Assembly (NCBI GenBank): GCA_036726225.1
Contig: DAIMCS010000005.1
Location: forward strand, 3,808-67,807
Direction: 5' to 3'
DNA length: 64,000 bases
Origin: Patescibacteria group bacterium
GTDB taxonomy: Bacteria; Patescibacteriota; Doudnabacteria; UBA920
Below, piece after piece: positions 1 through 9,620 of the stretch. The notes under the pieces are model-generated. The model saw nothing but the letters and a program-made list of their open reading frames with translations. It was not told the DNA's origin and searched no databases. The number at the start of each line of letters is the position of its first letter. Position 1 is the stretch's first letter. A program made the position numbers and the translations under genes.

Positions 1-2
1 GA

Positions 3-161
3 AATAAAGTTGTAAGATACAATTCCACCCTCAACGGCACGCAAGACGTGTGCGTACCAATAGTCGACGATCCTGGACAAGAGCTCTGTGGGGACGACCG
101 CTACGTTGCTAGAAATTCCGATTTAGACCGACAGTTCCAGTCGGAATTAGACGCTTTTAAA
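3..161 (+). CDS. C-terminal fragment of a gene entering from upstream of the window (unknown function)
   Basis: Open frame from the window edge to TGA at 159-161. Followed by hairpin 195-218. Too short to appear in the ORF track. Confidence 0.25.
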
Positions 162-192
162 AGACGGCTGAAATGACTCATGCCGAGAAAAC

Positions 193-232
193 GGGGCTGC
201 GAGAACCATCTCGCAGCCGCCTCATATTTTTA
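193..232. terminator. Bidirectional intrinsic terminator hairpin between convergent genes
   Basis: ggctgcgaga-acca-tctcgcagcc stem followed by a T-run. Lies just 3' of the IMPase stop on the minus strand and 3' of the plus-strand fragment. Confidence 0.4.
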
Positions 233-1006
233 TAAATACTTTTGCACAAGCTTTAAAAGCTGGCTATGCAGGTAACCGTTGGAAATTATTGCCCCCTTAA
301 CCGGCCTGTCGTATCTTTGCTCCCTGCCCCAAAAATCAGTTACCCTCCCGCCCGCTTCTTCCACAATAATTTTTATTGCTGCTACATCATGCGCGGTGTA
401 ATGGGGAAAAGTTATGCCGTCAATTTCGCCGGCTGCCAGCAGCATCGCATTATAAACAATCGATCCCATAGGAAAGCATTGGGCCTTATTTTTGAAAATT
501 AAATCTTCAATAAAACCTTTAAGCGGGTATTGCATCCGTGACCATACGCAATGACTAATGTAAGCCCCCTGCATTTTTTTGTATTTAGAAACTCTCAACT
601 TTTTTCCGTTCAAAAAAGCCCCTTTGCCTTTTTCTGCCACAACCATCCGTTCCATAAAAGGATCGTAGGCGACTCCTAATACTGGACTGCCGTTATGAAC
701 CAACGCTAACGAAAAAGCACAGGTTGGCGTGCCATGCGAGAAAGGGATAGTGCCGTCGACGGGATCGCATAGCCAGGAATATTCGGCATTTTCAATAGCA
801 TGATTTTCTTCTTCCCCAATTACAGCATGAGTTGGAAAATTTTTCTTGACCTCTTTTATTACCATGCTGTTTATGGCCAGGTCGGTCTTTGTCACCGGAG
901 ACCCGTCTTTCTTTATAATTCTGGTCATGCCCAAAGCAAAATTAGAGCGGATAATTTTTCCGGCTTTTTTTGCAATATTAACTGCGAACTTTTTGTAGAT
1001 TGACAT
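230..1006 (-). CDS. Inositol monophosphatase family protein (SuhB/IMPase-like)
   Basis: WLCDPVDGT and GEEE motifs. 258 aa, typical IMPase length. Confidence 0.8.
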   Translation of the reverse strand: MSIYKKFAVNIAKKAGKIIRSNFALGMTRIIKKDGSPVTKTDLAINSMVIKEVKKNFPTHAVIGEEENHAIENAEYSWLCDPVDGTIPFSHGTPTCAFSLALVHNGSPVLGVAYDPFMERMVVAEKGKGAFLNGKKLRVSKYKKMQGAYISHCVWSRMQYPLKGFIEDLIFKNKAQCFPMGSIVYNAMLLAAGEIDGITFPHYTAHDVAAIKIIVEEAGGRVTDFWGREQRYDRPVKGAIISNGYLHSQLLKLVQKYL

Positions 1007-1048
1007 AAAGTAATAAACTATATAGCTTTATCTTTAGGAGGAAAAAAG

Positions 1049-1201
1049 GTGGACCAAAGTGACCTTAGAGAACAGTTCGGCGAACCCTACGATCTGGTGC
1101 CTTGCAGCTTTCAAGACAGCGAATGGATCCTGGCTACCCTGCTTACACCGTGGATAGTCAGCACCCTTTCTTTGCTAGCACTGCACTACTGGGCGCCATA
1201 A
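1049..1201 (+). CDS. Small (50 aa) tail-anchored membrane protein, hypothetical
   Basis: AGGAGG at 1036-1041, 7 nt upstream of GTG 1049. Frame is open to TAA 1199-1201. C-terminal hydrophobic helix. Strong terminator immediately follows. Not in the ORF track because it has a GTG start and is under 60 aa. Confidence 0.35.
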   Translation: MDQSDLREQFGEPYDLVPCSFQDSEWILATLLTPWIVSTLSLLALHYWAP

Positions 1202-1206
1202 ACACA

Positions 1207-1242
1207 GAATGCGGCCGCGCAACTGCGCGGCCGCATTTTTTC
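1207..1242 (+). terminator. Intrinsic terminator (GC hairpin + TTTTTT)
   Basis: atgcggccgcgc-aact-gcgcggccgcat perfect 12-bp stem followed by tttttt. Confidence 0.6.
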
Positions 1243-1245
1243 ATC

Positions 1246-1929
1246 TTATTTATAGAGCTGCTCCACCTGACTTTTTATGCTGTTAATATCCCCTGACGAA
1301 ATTTTAGTGCCGTTAAAGTACAGCGTCGGCGTTGACTCAACCTTTAAACCCAAAGATTCCGAAATATCTTTTTGCAGCTTGTCCTTGTAAGTCTTGTTGG
1401 TTATATCGCTCCTAAATTTATTCAAATCGGCAACGCCCGCAATTTGGGCATATTCTACAAACTTATCTATTGGATCAATTAAATTTGACCATTCAGCCTG
1501 TTTTTCGTAGGCCAAAAATTTCCAGTCCCAAAACTTACCCTGGGCGCTTGCTGCTTCTGCAGCGTAAGCAGCCGGGATGGAATTTGGGTGCAAATCCGCA
1601 CTAAAAATATTTAAAGGAAGATGGCGAAAAACGACTTTGGTATCTTTTAACTGGTCGGGCAACTGTTTAAGCGTGGGCTCAAAAGCTGCGCAAGCCGGAC
1701 ACTGTAAATCCCCGTACTCAACTAATACATTTTTTGCTTCCGGGTTGCCTAAAATATGGTCGTCAAAACTAATATCTTTGGGCTGGGAAATAGTTTCAAA
1801 GTCGCTAAGGTTAAAATCTTGCGCCCAACCACCGCTTCCTGCGGGCTGTTCGGGTGAAATTTTAAACAAAAAGTAACCAAAGCCCAAGGCTACTAAAATA
1901 ATTATAACTATAGTTATTGTTCTCTTCAT
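1246..1929 (-). CDS. DsbA-like thiol:disulfide oxidoreductase (thioredoxin fold) with N-terminal TM anchor
   Basis: CPAC active-site motif. N-terminal hydrophobic segment. DsbA-like length. Confidence 0.7.
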   Translation of the reverse strand: MKRTITIVIIILVALGFGYFLFKISPEQPAGSGGWAQDFNLSDFETISQPKDISFDDHILGNPEAKNVLVEYGDLQCPACAAFEPTLKQLPDQLKDTKVVFRHLPLNIFSADLHPNSIPAAYAAEAASAQGKFWDWKFLAYEKQAEWSNLIDPIDKFVEYAQIAGVADLNKFRSDITNKTYKDKLQKDISESLGLKVESTPTLYFNGTKISSGDINSIKSQVEQLYK

Positions 1930-1943
1930 ACTAAATAAAAAAT

Positions 1944-2876
1944 TTAATTATTTATTAAGGCCGGGGTACTGGTTCCAAAAATAGCCGGTAACCCGTTTAA
2001 AAAAGCTAAGGCCCGGGCTTCTTCGCCTAAGCGCGCCAGATGCTTGGTTTCGTCGTAGGCAGTATACAAATGGTCTTCACCCAAAACCACAATCGCCAAC
2101 TCGCGCCCGTTTTTGTATTTTAAAACTGCGGAAAAGTTGTAGCGGGATTCGTCTAAATAGCCTGTTTTTGCAATTAAAACCTTAATATCGGCGTCACCAA
2201 GCAGCTTATTGGTATTCTTTATTGGCTGATTATAGCGCGAATTGTTGGTTGAACGCAAAGTGTATTGGGATAAGCCGGCAATTTTACGCAAATAAGGGTC
2301 CTGGAAAGCCGCAGCTAAAATTTTACCATAATCGGCGGCTGTAACCACGTTGGCAGGATCCAGCCCCGTAGGTTCGTTAAAATAACTGTTTGTTGCGCCC
2401 AAGCTTGCTGCCTTTGCATTCATTTTTTTGGAAAACTGTTCGGGTGTAAGCCCGGTGCTTCTGGCCAAAGCATTGGCAGCATTGTTTGCTGACAAAATTA
2501 AACTCGCATGGAATAAACCGTCCACGCTAAATTTTACCCCGGCCGCAGACTTTATGCACACGCCCCTCCTGCCACAATATCCCACGACCTGGTCTTCCTT
2601 AGTCATAGCTACGGCTTTGGAAAGTTTTGGCTTGGTATCCAAAACCACCAGCGCGGTTACCAACTTGGTTAGGGATGCAGGAATTTTAGGCGCATCCGGG
2701 TTTTTTGAAATTAAAACTTCCCCGTTTTGCGCGTCAACCACGGCGTAAGCAGAAGCCCTTATGCCGGCAAAGTTGGCCAAATCGTTACCGCTTAACGGAA
2801 TTTGCAAAGCCATAGCCGAAATTGGCGAAAGCAAAAATGCACCAAACAAAATTGTAGCTAAAAATTTTTTTACCAT
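1944..2876 (-). CDS. D-alanyl-D-alanine carboxypeptidase (peptidase S11, PBP5/6-like)
   Basis: Signal peptide. SLTKL (SxxK) and KTG motifs. Confidence 0.8.
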   Translation of the reverse strand: MVKKFLATILFGAFLLSPISAMALQIPLSGNDLANFAGIRASAYAVVDAQNGEVLISKNPDAPKIPASLTKLVTALVVLDTKPKLSKAVAMTKEDQVVGYCGRRGVCIKSAAGVKFSVDGLFHASLILSANNAANALARSTGLTPEQFSKKMNAKAASLGATNSYFNEPTGLDPANVVTAADYGKILAAAFQDPYLRKIAGLSQYTLRSTNNSRYNQPIKNTNKLLGDADIKVLIAKTGYLDESRYNFSAVLKYKNGRELAIVVLGEDHLYTAYDETKHLARLGEEARALAFLNGLPAIFGTSTPALINN

Positions 2877-2910
2877 TTTTTATTTATTTAACTCCATTCC
2901 CTTACTACTA

Positions 2911-3189
2911 TTACTGAAGCATATTCCCAAACTTCTTCTGGAGCATTTTTTTATGCTGCTTAAATAAATCTTCCAAAGCCGAACGGATGTGCCTGGCAAT
3001 TTCGCTTTTGTCCCCCGCTATGTCCGGGCTTACTTCCACGCTTTGGATATTTTGGTTTCCGTCAATAGTTAAAACAATCTTCCCTCCGGAAGATTTGCCG
3101 CTCACAGTCTCTGTAGAAAGCTTAGACTCCATTGCCTTAGCTTGCTTACGCATCTCGTTTATGTCTTTAAGTTTGTCCAATAATCCCAT
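2911..3189 (-). CDS. YbaB/EbfC family nucleoid-associated protein
   Basis: 92 aa. MGLLDKLKD...MRKQAKAME signature of YbaB. Confidence 0.75.
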   Translation of the reverse strand: MGLLDKLKDINEMRKQAKAMESKLSTETVSGKSSGGKIVLTIDGNQNIQSVEVSPDIAGDKSEIARHIRSALEDLFKQHKKMLQKKFGNMLQ

Positions 3190-3240
3190 AAAAATTTTTA
3201 ATTACAATTTATTATAACCGATTGTGCTTACTGCCGCAAT

Positions 3241-4098
3241 TTAACTTGCCAAACACGCGTTATAAGCCCTTACTTGAGAGTTATATTCCTGTTTTAGCGA
3301 CCCTAAAACATCTACTTTATTATTGTAAATTTTAACCAAATTGTTATATTCGGAAACTTTTCTGTTATATTCCTCGTATTCGGCTTTGGTTTTTGGGTCA
3401 CTTGAATCCAGCTCCTGCTTTTTAACGCTTAACTCTGCCGCCAGGGAATCAACTTCAGCCTGTAAAAAATTGATCTGGGTTTTTATATTTGAGTTAACAG
3501 TTGGGCAGCTGCTCGCCGGCCTGCCAAACTCCTGCACCGCCATCCAAACCTTTTTGCCTTTGTACGTGCCCTTGCCCACGGCCACGCCTATTTCGGTATA
3601 TTTTGGATTTAAGATGTTTGCCCTGTGTCCCGGGCTGTCCATCCACGCCTTTACTAAGGCCTCATCGTCTTCAAAATTCCCCAGCGCAAGGTTTTCACCA
3701 ATGGAGATGTAATCATAGCCCGCTTCTTTAGCCAAATCCGCCGCCGCCTTGCCCTGCGGGCTGTCGTGCTCAAAATACTGCTGGACAAACATATCTTTCA
3801 GTTTGTTTTGGGCAGCCACATTCAGCTTGCTGTTAGTTTGTAGGGCGGGCAAATTGCCGTTCTGACTGCGGTTTTGGTTGGTCCAAAACAATACTCCGTT
3901 TACGGTTAAAAAAGTTTCCTGCTCAAATAAACTGCCAATTAAGGGCGGCGGGGTGGAAATATCTTCTTTTATTTCCTCAAATATGGGGCTTTGGACAAGC
4001 TCCGGCAGTTTGTGGGCGTACTTTTGGATTTGGAACCTGTACCGCCAGCCAAAAACCACCAAAACTAAAATGAAAATAAATGCTAAAACTTTCTTCAT
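3241..4098 (-). CDS. CAP (SCP/PR-1-like) domain protein with N-terminal TM and C-terminal coiled coil
   Basis: GHRANILNPKYTEIGVAV CAP motif. C-terminal heptad-rich region. Confidence 0.65.
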   Translation of the reverse strand: MKKVLAFIFILVLVVFGWRYRFQIQKYAHKLPELVQSPIFEEIKEDISTPPPLIGSLFEQETFLTVNGVLFWTNQNRSQNGNLPALQTNSKLNVAAQNKLKDMFVQQYFEHDSPQGKAAADLAKEAGYDYISIGENLALGNFEDDEALVKAWMDSPGHRANILNPKYTEIGVAVGKGTYKGKKVWMAVQEFGRPASSCPTVNSNIKTQINFLQAEVDSLAAELSVKKQELDSSDPKTKAEYEEYNRKVSEYNNLVKIYNNKVDVLGSLKQEYNSQVRAYNACLAS

Positions 4099-4101
4099 AT
4101 G

Positions 4102-4329
4102 TTACCTAATTATCGGCTCCGGAAGGTGTGGGTCTACTATAGATTTGCCGTTGGGAAGCTCGCATGACCTGGGGTAGTAATCTGCTTTAACCGGATAACC
4201 TGCGGCTACGCATTCTTCAAAAGTCGACACCTTAGCCTCTTTGCTTTTTTTAAGTGAAGGATAAAGCAGCATAAACAATACTATTACTGCGGCCAAAAAC
4301 AAAAACATTACGGAAATTATTTTTTTCAT
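4102..4329 (-). CDS. Small membrane protein, hypothetical
   Basis: N-terminal TM. Two Cys. Abuts the neighbouring genes. Confidence 0.3.
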   Translation of the reverse strand: MKKIISVMFLFLAAVIVLFMLLYPSLKKSKEAKVSTFEECVAAGYPVKADYYPRSCELPNGKSIVDPHLPEPIIR

Positions 4330-4586
4330 ACCGTTGCAGACAGGAAACGCTTTAATCTTTGTTTAAGATAACGCTTCCCGAATCCTGATTTTAAATATTT
4401 TTCTCTAACCATTGCATCCAGCTTATTCAGACAGGCCTCATAATAAACTAAAATGAATGGCCCACGACCTTTTGTATAACCAAATAAATTTTTTTGATGT
4501 TGATTAAAGCGTTTCCGTAAATCACTGGTAAATCCTGTATATAGTAGTCCGGTTTTCGTACTTTTTAAAACGTAAACATAATACAT
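4326..4586 (-). CDS. GIY-YIG nuclease domain protein
   Basis: YVYVLKS...LYTGFTSDLRKRFNQH GIY-YIG signature. Confidence 0.7.
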   Translation of the reverse strand: MYYVYVLKSTKTGLLYTGFTSDLRKRFNQHQKNLFGYTKGRGPFILVYYEACLNKLDAMVREKYLKSGFGKRYLKQRLKRFLSATV

Positions 4587-4604
4587 AATGCGTCTGCAAC
4601 GGTA

Positions 4605-5222
4605 TTAAGCTCTTACAAAATAAGTAATCCAGCTTGTAGCGCTGTTTAATTTTGAAGCTTTCCTGCCGCTGGATAAAATAGAAAATTCTGCCAATTCCAA
4701 AATTTTTGAAAATTCTTGTTGTTCATAGTAAGCAAAAAATCGAGAAGCTCCGGAATCCTGCCAAACCTCATTTTTCTCACCCGTACCTTCTTTTAAAGAA
4801 ATAAAACCAACGCCTCCGGGTAAAATAACTTGTTTTATAATTCCTAAAATTTCTTTAATGCTGCTTTTTGGAATATGTAAAAGTGATGATGCTGCCCAGA
4901 AACCGTTAAATTTTCTTCTAAGTTGAGGAATCTCCTCATATAGCATAACTTGGAACTGCGCATTTGGATTATTTTCTTTAGCTATGGCAACCATATTTTG
5001 CGAGCCATCAATCCCTAAATACTCGTAACCATTTTCAATGAACCAAAAAGAATCCGCGCCTGTTCCACAACCTATGTCTAAAATAGAGCCTTGCGATTGC
5101 AATTCCCGAAATTTTTCAAATTCTTCAGCCCACACACTGTCCTTGCCAAGCCTGCGGGCCTTTGCCCAACTTGTTGAAATTGTGTCGTAAGTATTTAAAG
5201 TTTGTTTTTCAGATTCCTGCAT
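4605..5222 (-). CDS. Class I SAM-dependent methyltransferase
   Basis: ILDIGCGTG motif I. Confidence 0.7.
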   Translation of the reverse strand: MQESEKQTLNTYDTISTSWAKARRLGKDSVWAEEFEKFRELQSQGSILDIGCGTGADSFWFIENGYEYLGIDGSQNMVAIAKENNPNAQFQVMLYEEIPQLRRKFNGFWAASSLLHIPKSSIKEILGIIKQVILPGGVGFISLKEGTGEKNEVWQDSGASRFFAYYEQQEFSKILELAEFSILSSGRKASKLNSATSWITYFVRA

Positions 5223-6534
5223 TTATGAAGTTCAAAATTTCCTGTTGTGAAAGTTCTTTTTCCGCAGATTCCTTCAAACTTTTCACTTTATACTTCCCGC
5301 TTTTAACTTCCTCTTCCCCTACCACCAACACAAAAGGAATTTTTTCTTTGTCCGCGGTTTTTACCTGCGCGGAAACTTTGCGGTCTGTAAGGTCAACCGC
5401 TACAGCCAGGCCCTGCTCACGTAAATTTGATGCTAATTTATTTGCAGCCTCAAGATAATTTTCCAAATGGCAAATGTACAGCTTAACCGGTGGCTGGTAT
5501 GGTGGCAACAGATTGTATGTCTCCAAAAAATCCCTGGTTGTCACGTCGCCCCAGCCAAAACCTATGCCCGTAACTTTCTCTACCCCAAAAATTCCGACCA
5601 AATCGTCATAACGGCCGCCGCCAAAAAGCGCGCGCGGATTTTTTGGGTTAGTGTCGTACATTTCAAAAACCGTGCCTGTGTAATAGTCAAAACCGCGCAC
5701 CAGCATTTCGTCTATTACTGCATTTTTTATACCTTTTTTTACGAGCGCTTGTTGAACCGACATAAGCTCTTTGTACTCTTCACTATTTTTATATTTGCTG
5801 TCTTCAAAAAAATCCAGGCCGCGGTTTATAAAATTGGCAACATCTACAGATTTTTCAGAGCCGCCCATTTTTTCTTTTACCATTTCATCCACATCTGCCG
5901 ATGAAATTTTATCCTTTTTGTCCATTATCTTTGAAACAGCCTGGGATTGTTCGGGGTTTAGGCCCAAAACCTCCCGGAGTAAAAAATTTAAAAACTTGCG
6001 GTTGTTAATGCGAATAACAAACTGCTCGGCCGTGGCTCCAAACGCCCTCATAGCATCGTGCGCCAGAGAGATAATTTCAATATCTGCGTCTATGCCGTCC
6101 ACCCCGAACATATCTACATTTAACTGCCAGTGTTCGCGAAGGCGCCCACGCTGTGGGCGTTCGTAGCGAAAAAGATTGGGGATGGAATACCATCTAAGAG
6201 GAAAACTTAACTCTTTACGCTTTTGCGCCACCATCCTCGCAACGGTTGGTGTCATTTCCGGCCGAATAGTGACATCACGCCCGCCCCTGTCTGTAAAAGT
6301 ATAAGTTTGTTCATTAACAATTTCGTCGCCCGACTTAGCTTTGTACAATTCTGTTTCTTCTAAAATTGAAGCTCCATATTCTAAGTAGCCGTAACTTTCC
6401 ACAACTTTGCGCCAAACCGAAAAAATATAGTTTTGCACAAACTGGTCTTGCGGGTAGAAATCCCGCGTACCTTTATAGGGTTCCAAAGATAATTTTTTTG
6501 TATTTTTTTCCATATTTATTGACCAGTAACCCAC
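5209..6534 (-). CDS. hisS: Histidyl-tRNA synthetase
   Basis: Class II aaRS motifs. GTRDFYPQD N-terminus. 441 aa. Confidence 0.9.
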   Translation of the reverse strand: MGYWSINMEKNTKKLSLEPYKGTRDFYPQDQFVQNYIFSVWRKVVESYGYLEYGASILEETELYKAKSGDEIVNEQTYTFTDRGGRDVTIRPEMTPTVARMVAQKRKELSFPLRWYSIPNLFRYERPQRGRLREHWQLNVDMFGVDGIDADIEIISLAHDAMRAFGATAEQFVIRINNRKFLNFLLREVLGLNPEQSQAVSKIMDKKDKISSADVDEMVKEKMGGSEKSVDVANFINRGLDFFEDSKYKNSEEYKELMSVQQALVKKGIKNAVIDEMLVRGFDYYTGTVFEMYDTNPKNPRALFGGGRYDDLVGIFGVEKVTGIGFGWGDVTTRDFLETYNLLPPYQPPVKLYICHLENYLEAANKLASNLREQGLAVAVDLTDRKVSAQVKTADKEKIPFVLVVGEEEVKSGKYKVKSLKESAEKELSQQEILNFINAGI

Positions 6535-6564
6535 TAATTATAACCAAAATTAAGGGTTTTTACA

Positions 6565-6612
6565 AATTATAAAAAACCCCGTACAGTCAGTTATCATAAC
6601 GACTGTACGGGT
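6565..6612 (-). terminator. Intrinsic terminator for the gene at 6724-7167
   Basis: ccccgtacagtc...gactgtacggg stem with an A-run on the plus strand (a U-run on the minus-strand transcript). Confidence 0.5.
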
Positions 6613-6723
6613 TGAAAAAAATGTTCGAACAAGGTCACCATTTCTGGTGCCAGAGATTCCTCCTGTTTGGAGGACAGCCTCCGAAACAATTATCACCCAA
6701 AAAGCAGAAGAAGTCAATGGCTA

Positions 6724-7167
6724 TTAAATTATTAGACCTAAATTATTATTTACAAGAATTGGCCTTAACCCCAAAATTTCTTCTGTCCATGACAAATTAG
6801 GAATTGGGTTAAGTAAATAAATTTTCTTTTCTAAATGAAAAGCCAGGCCCATTTCCATTAAAGTGTTCGGACCAATGTAACCGGCTATGCCGTTTTTGTC
6901 GTAGTTGGTAACTAAAATAACATCTGACCATTTTACTTCTTCAAAATGGTCAATAATTCTCTGACTGTGGTTGTCTAAAAATGAAGGGTCTTTGAATGGA
7001 TCGGTTTTTTTAAATTTGTAATACTCCAGTGTATGCCATTTTTTACCGTGCCCGTCGACAAATTCAACCGGAGGCATATGCGCCTCATGCCCCATACTTT
7101 CCAACTGTTTTTTTACAGCTTCCATTTCTAGAATGAACGCCGTACTGCCGCAAATAGTTATTTTCAT
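6724..7167 (-). CDS. Hypothetical Rossmann-like protein (possibly nucleoside 2-deoxyribosyltransferase-like)
   Basis: MKITICGS N-terminus and the size fit that family. Weak call. Confidence 0.3.
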   Translation of the reverse strand: MKITICGSTAFILEMEAVKKQLESMGHEAHMPPVEFVDGHGKKWHTLEYYKFKKTDPFKDPSFLDNHSQRIIDHFEEVKWSDVILVTNYDKNGIAGYIGPNTLMEMGLAFHLEKKIYLLNPIPNLSWTEEILGLRPILVNNNLGLII

Positions 7168-7197
7168 GTTGACCTATTTACTATATAGTGCTACATT

Positions 7198-7479
7198 TTG
7201 TTAAACTTTTGTTTGGGAGGATTTATGTTCAAGGAAGGCACGAAAGTGCGTTGCACGGTAGTGGATGACGAAACGGCAGATGGAAAGCACATGCCGTCAA
7301 TGGCGCTTCTGAAACAGGGGGCAATTTACACCGTTGATGATTACCAAGGTTCTGAAGAATGCCGGGACCTTTATCCCGACCAGCCTTACCTCATGGAAAA
7401 CGGGGGTAAAATCATGCTTCGTGAACTGCCTGGTTTGGTATTTTTCCCCAGGCGCTTCGAAACAGTCGCTGCAGCATAG
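7198..7479 (+). CDS. Hypothetical protein
   Basis: ORF followed by a terminator at 7499-7534. Confidence 0.4.
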   Translation: MLNFCLGGFMFKEGTKVRCTVVDDETADGKHMPSMALLKQGAIYTVDDYQGSEECRDLYPDQPYLMENGGKIMLRELPGLVFFPRRFETVAAA

Positions 7480-7498
7480 GCCTAACAAAAATCATGAC

Positions 7499-7534
7499 AC
7501 GGGGTCAGAGAGATCTGGCCCCGGTGTTTTATTA
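7499..7534 (+). terminator. Intrinsic terminator
   Basis: ggggtcagagagatctggcccc hairpin followed by gtgttttatt. Confidence 0.45.
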
Positions 7535-7815
7535 TACCAAATTTGACGGTTCCCAAAAATTCCGAAGGATTTTTTGGGATATGGGAAATTGTTCCGAAGG
7601 CTGAAGTAAGCGAAATGTTTTTCGCACACGTAAGCCGCAGGGACAAATGACCCGCTGGAGCGGAATACGGGAATCGGACCCGTGCCTAAACCTTGGGAAG
7701 GTCTCGTACTACCATTATACTAATTCCGCAAGAATTGATTATTGCTGATGTATAATACCAAACTTTTGACCAACCGAAAAGATTATGGCAGAATGACAAA
7801 GGTGTTGATGTTCAA

Positions 7816-7848
7816 CCCCTCCCTAGCCCTCCCCAAACTTGGGGAGGG
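7816..7848. repeat. GC-rich palindromic mini-repeat, family 1 (CCCTCCC...GGGGAGGG), copy a; supplies the SD for the PEPC gene
   Basis: cccctccctagccctccccaaacttggggaggg matches the copies at 10203, 14579, 62964 and 63354. GGGGAGGG lies 8 nt upstream of ATG 7857. Confidence 0.6.
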
Positions 7849-7856
7849 AAATGACA

Positions 7857-9374
7857 ATGAAAAAACTATTTAGAAAAATCCCGACCACCATGGCCACGCA
7901 GCATCCCGACCATGCAGGGCGGCCGTTTTGGTACAAAGATCCATACATTCCGGCAATTGAAGAAGCCAAGGAATGTTTTTTAAATTTCAGCGAACTTGGC
8001 ATTACCGAATACAAATGGGATTGGGAGGGAAAATTGGTGGACGAATCTGTTTTAGAGCGTTTAATTGCCGAACATTTTGCCTATTTTAAAAAGCAACCCC
8101 TGGGCAAAGAAAGATTTTTAACTTTCCGTCTGCCAAACCCCAAAGTCCAAACCGAATTTAGGATGGGCCGGGCGCTTATGGGCATTGCGGGCGCAGCCGG
8201 CCTTGCCAAACAAGTCGGGCTCCATACTCCCCCTCTGTTTGAAGTTATTTTACCCATGACCGAAAGCGAAACCGAGATGCTCGAGATCCAGGAAGCTTTC
8301 CACGAAATCGCTTCTCTCAAGCATCCATTAAACCGTTTTGAAAAAGGCTTGCTTAGCCACGTTTTAATAATCCCGCTTTTCGAGCGCGTGGACACTATTA
8401 TTAATTCAAATGAGATACTGGAACGTTACCTCAAACTCCACAAAGCAAAATTTAAATTCAATCCGCCCTATTTAAGACCGTACACTGCCAGAAGCGACCC
8501 GGCGCTAAACTCAGGGCTTATCCCAACGGTCATTGCAGTAAAAATTGCACTCTCGCGATATAAAAAATTTGAAAAAAAACACAACATTCCCCTTTACCCC
8601 GTAATTGGCTGCGGCACGCTGCCTTTCCGCGGCGGACTTTTCCCAATTAACGTTAAAAGATTTATTAAGGAATATCCGGGCGTGCGCACCGTAACCATCC
8701 AAAGCGCGTTTAGGTATGATTTCCCCAAAGCTTCGGTTATTAAAGCCATTGCCACTTTAGAAAAAGATTTACCAAAAGGCAAGGCAGTAATAATTGCAGA
8801 CAGCGAAGAAGAAAAGTTAATCCACCTAATAAAACCATTCGAAGCGGCTTACAAAAATACTATTTCAGGCATTGCTCCAACCATAAACCGTTTAGCTCAT
8901 TTTTTTCCAAAGCGCAGGGAAAGGGTCCAGCATATCGGTTTGTTTGGATACTCCCGCGGCGAAGGCAAAGTAAAATTGCCGCGCGCTATTACTTTTACCG
9001 GTTCCCTTTATTCGCTTGGCGTGCCTCCCGAACTAATTGGCGCCGGACGCGGCATTTTAGCCGCAAAAAAAGCAGGCCAAGTTGGCCTGCTGGAAAAACA
9101 TTATGTAAATTTAAAGCACGATTTATATTTTGCAGGAAAATTCCTATACAAGCCGGGCTTGATTAACCTTAGTAAACATTCTAAAGCCTGGAAAAGCGTA
9201 CTTAAAGATGTGGAAGAAATAGAAAAATATTTGGGCAAGCCGCTTTCTGCAAAATACCTAAATGAGCAAGAGCATCAATTAATTTCTGCCAGGATCCACA
9301 AAAATTTATCGTCCGGTAAAAACCTTACAAGGCTAATTGAACAATCTGCGCAACTTAGAAGAAGTCTGGGCTAA
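7857..9374 (+). CDS. Archaeal-type phosphoenolpyruvate carboxylase (PpcA-like)
   Basis: N-terminal ...IPTTMATQHPD is the hallmark of atPEPC. About 505 aa. Start chosen at ATG 7857 (SD 8 nt upstream). The track start at 7839 is a TTG inside the repeat hairpin. Confidence 0.75.
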   Translation: MKKLFRKIPTTMATQHPDHAGRPFWYKDPYIPAIEEAKECFLNFSELGITEYKWDWEGKLVDESVLERLIAEHFAYFKKQPLGKERFLTFRLPNPKVQTEFRMGRALMGIAGAAGLAKQVGLHTPPLFEVILPMTESETEMLEIQEAFHEIASLKHPLNRFEKGLLSHVLIIPLFERVDTIINSNEILERYLKLHKAKFKFNPPYLRPYTARSDPALNSGLIPTVIAVKIALSRYKKFEKKHNIPLYPVIGCGTLPFRGGLFPINVKRFIKEYPGVRTVTIQSAFRYDFPKASVIKAIATLEKDLPKGKAVIIADSEEEKLIHLIKPFEAAYKNTISGIAPTINRLAHFFPKRRERVQHIGLFGYSRGEGKVKLPRAITFTGSLYSLGVPPELIGAGRGILAAKKAGQVGLLEKHYVNLKHDLYFAGKFLYKPGLINLSKHSKAWKSVLKDVEEIEKYLGKPLSAKYLNEQEHQLISARIHKNLSSGKNLTRLIEQSAQLRRSLG

Positions 9375-9580
9375 TTTTTTTCAGAATCATTCCCTTCTAA
9401 GTCCGGCGGATGCAAGATTTCTATGCTGTTCCCCTTATTTACCAAAAACTCATCCGGAATTTCCTTGTACTTTTTTGGGACTTTCTGGGTAGGGTTTAGC
9501 GCTTCCTGAGCCTCGGCTTCCGATATTGACTTCTTGTAGTCTGGCTCTAATTTGTAACTGCTGTCTAATTCTTCTGGCAT
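9371..9580 (-). CDS. Small acidic hypothetical protein
   Basis: ORF only; no recognisable motif. Confidence 0.25.
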   Translation of the reverse strand: MPEELDSSYKLEPDYKKSISEAEAQEALNPTQKVPKKYKEIPDEFLVNKGNSIEILHPPDLEGNDSEKN

Positions 9581-9620
9581 AAAGTTTAATTTATCTTATA
9601 ATATCAAATATACTAAAAAA

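Noticed and set aside
1040-1242. GC-rich 200-nt non-coding-looking segment ending in a strong terminator; considered as a small ncRNA (6S/SRP-like)
   Set aside because: A 50-codon frame with an AGGAGG SD and a GTG start fills it exactly (1049-1201) and predicts a tail-anchored mini-protein. No SRP or 6S signature motifs were seen.
1102-1296. Track ORF 1102-1296 (+)
   Set aside because: It reads straight through the GC hairpin terminator and into the antisense of the DsbA gene. Likely spurious.
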